A stretch of DNA of 64,000 bases. Origin: a virus. A program made the translations under genes and the position numbers. The notes under the pieces are model-generated. The model did no database searches. It saw nothing but the letters and a program-made list of their open reading frames with translations, and was not told the origin of the DNA. Positions 63,483 through 64,000 of this stretch are shown in pieces (positions within the stretch are counted from its first letter, which is position 1; each line of letters opens with the position of its first letter). The stretch is from IMG/VR virus record IMGVR_UViG_3300025728_000371, positions 3,560 through 67,559 of that record. One strand, written 5' to 3'.

Positions 63483-64000
63483 TCCCGGCGCCTTACCGTC
63501 TGTTCGCTGTCGTCGTGCTGCTGGCCCTGGTGGCCGGTGGTTCGGCGGCACTGGCCTGGCGGATTCAAGGCTTGCGTTACGGCCTGCAACTGGAGCATCA
63601 AGCCCGGTTGCAGGCTGATGCGCTCAAGCAGATTTCCCTTGCCGCGGCGACGCAACAGCGTGCCGAGCAGGATAAACGCCTGGCCTTGGAGCAGCAGCTC
63701 CAGGCCAGCGATCAGACACACTCAAAGGAGCTGAACGATGTGCAACAGGATCAGGCTCGCCTGCGTGATCGCCTGGCTACTGCCGATCTGCGGCTGTCAG
63801 TCCTCCTCGATAGCAGCGACCCCGCCAGCGGTTGTGCACTGCCTGCCACCTCCGCCACCGGCGGCGTGGTTCATGCAGCCCCGCGTGCCCGACTTGACCC
63901 GGCGCATGCTCAACGAATTATCGCCATCACCGACGACGGCGACCGCGCCCTGATTGCCCTGCAGGCCTGCCAGGCGTATGCCGCCAAGGTCTCGCACTGA
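63464..64000 (+). CDS. i-spanin (Rz-like)
   Basis: Paralogue of 33362..33895; stop at the window end. Confidence 0.88.
   Translation: MRLLDLIPAPYRLFAVVVLLALVAGGSAALAWRIQGLRYGLQLEHQARLQADALKQISLAAATQQRAEQDKRLALEQQLQASDQTHSKELNDVQQDQARLRDRLATADLRLSVLLDSSDPASGCALPATSATGGVVHAAPRARLDPAHAQRIIAITDDGDRALIALQACQAYAAKVSH
63738..63953 (+). CDS. Embedded o-spanin (Rz1-like)
   Basis: Lipobox ICGC, Pro-rich, AAGGAG RBS; paralogue of 33621..33836. Confidence 0.78.
   Translation: MCNRIRLACVIAWLLPICGCQSSSIAATPPAVVHCLPPPPPAAWFMQPRVPDLTRRMLNELSPSPTTATAP

Larger units (their letters stand above)
34658..64000 (+). other. Tailocin locus encoding two R-type (contractile) tailocins with shared lysis genes
   Basis: prtR-holin-two tail modules-endolysin-spanin; no head, terminase or replication genes. 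Confidence 0.92.

Noticed and set aside
34658-64000. Second prophage, or an eCIS/T6SS
   Set aside because: No capsid, portal, terminase, integrase or replication genes, and no eCIS ATPase or T6SS membrane complex; prtR-holin-tail-lysin layout fits tailocins

Overview
Pseudomonas (fluorescens/chlororaphis-like) chromosomal window with two adjacent phage-derived systems. (1) 1..~34428: an apparently complete temperate prophage, left end off-window. It has a tyrosine integrase/xis, a CI/Cro/CII switch, a primase-helicase, an HK97-type head with S49 protease, an SfV/Mu-like contractile tail and a split lysis module. Its right junction cuts the 5' end of mutS inside the HTPMMQQ motif, leaving a stub MNKPISDLSSHTP followed by two stops and a perfect 19-bp bidirectional terminator. 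(2) 34658..64000: the prtR-led tailocin locus: holin, a Com-like zinc finger, a secreted cargo protein, a P2-like R-tailocin, a Mu/SfV-like R-tailocin and shared endolysin/spanins. The prophage tail and lysis genes are close paralogues of tailocin 2, so a head-bearing relative sits next to its domesticated form. Other highlights: a two-part tailocin fibre with a T-even gp38-like glycine-rich adhesin, a prophage PrtN-family gene beside a locus with no visible prtN, recurrent early-transcript motifs with a candidate antisense sRNA, and a boxA-containing tailocin leader. All protein family calls come from motif recognition by eye; no searches were run.
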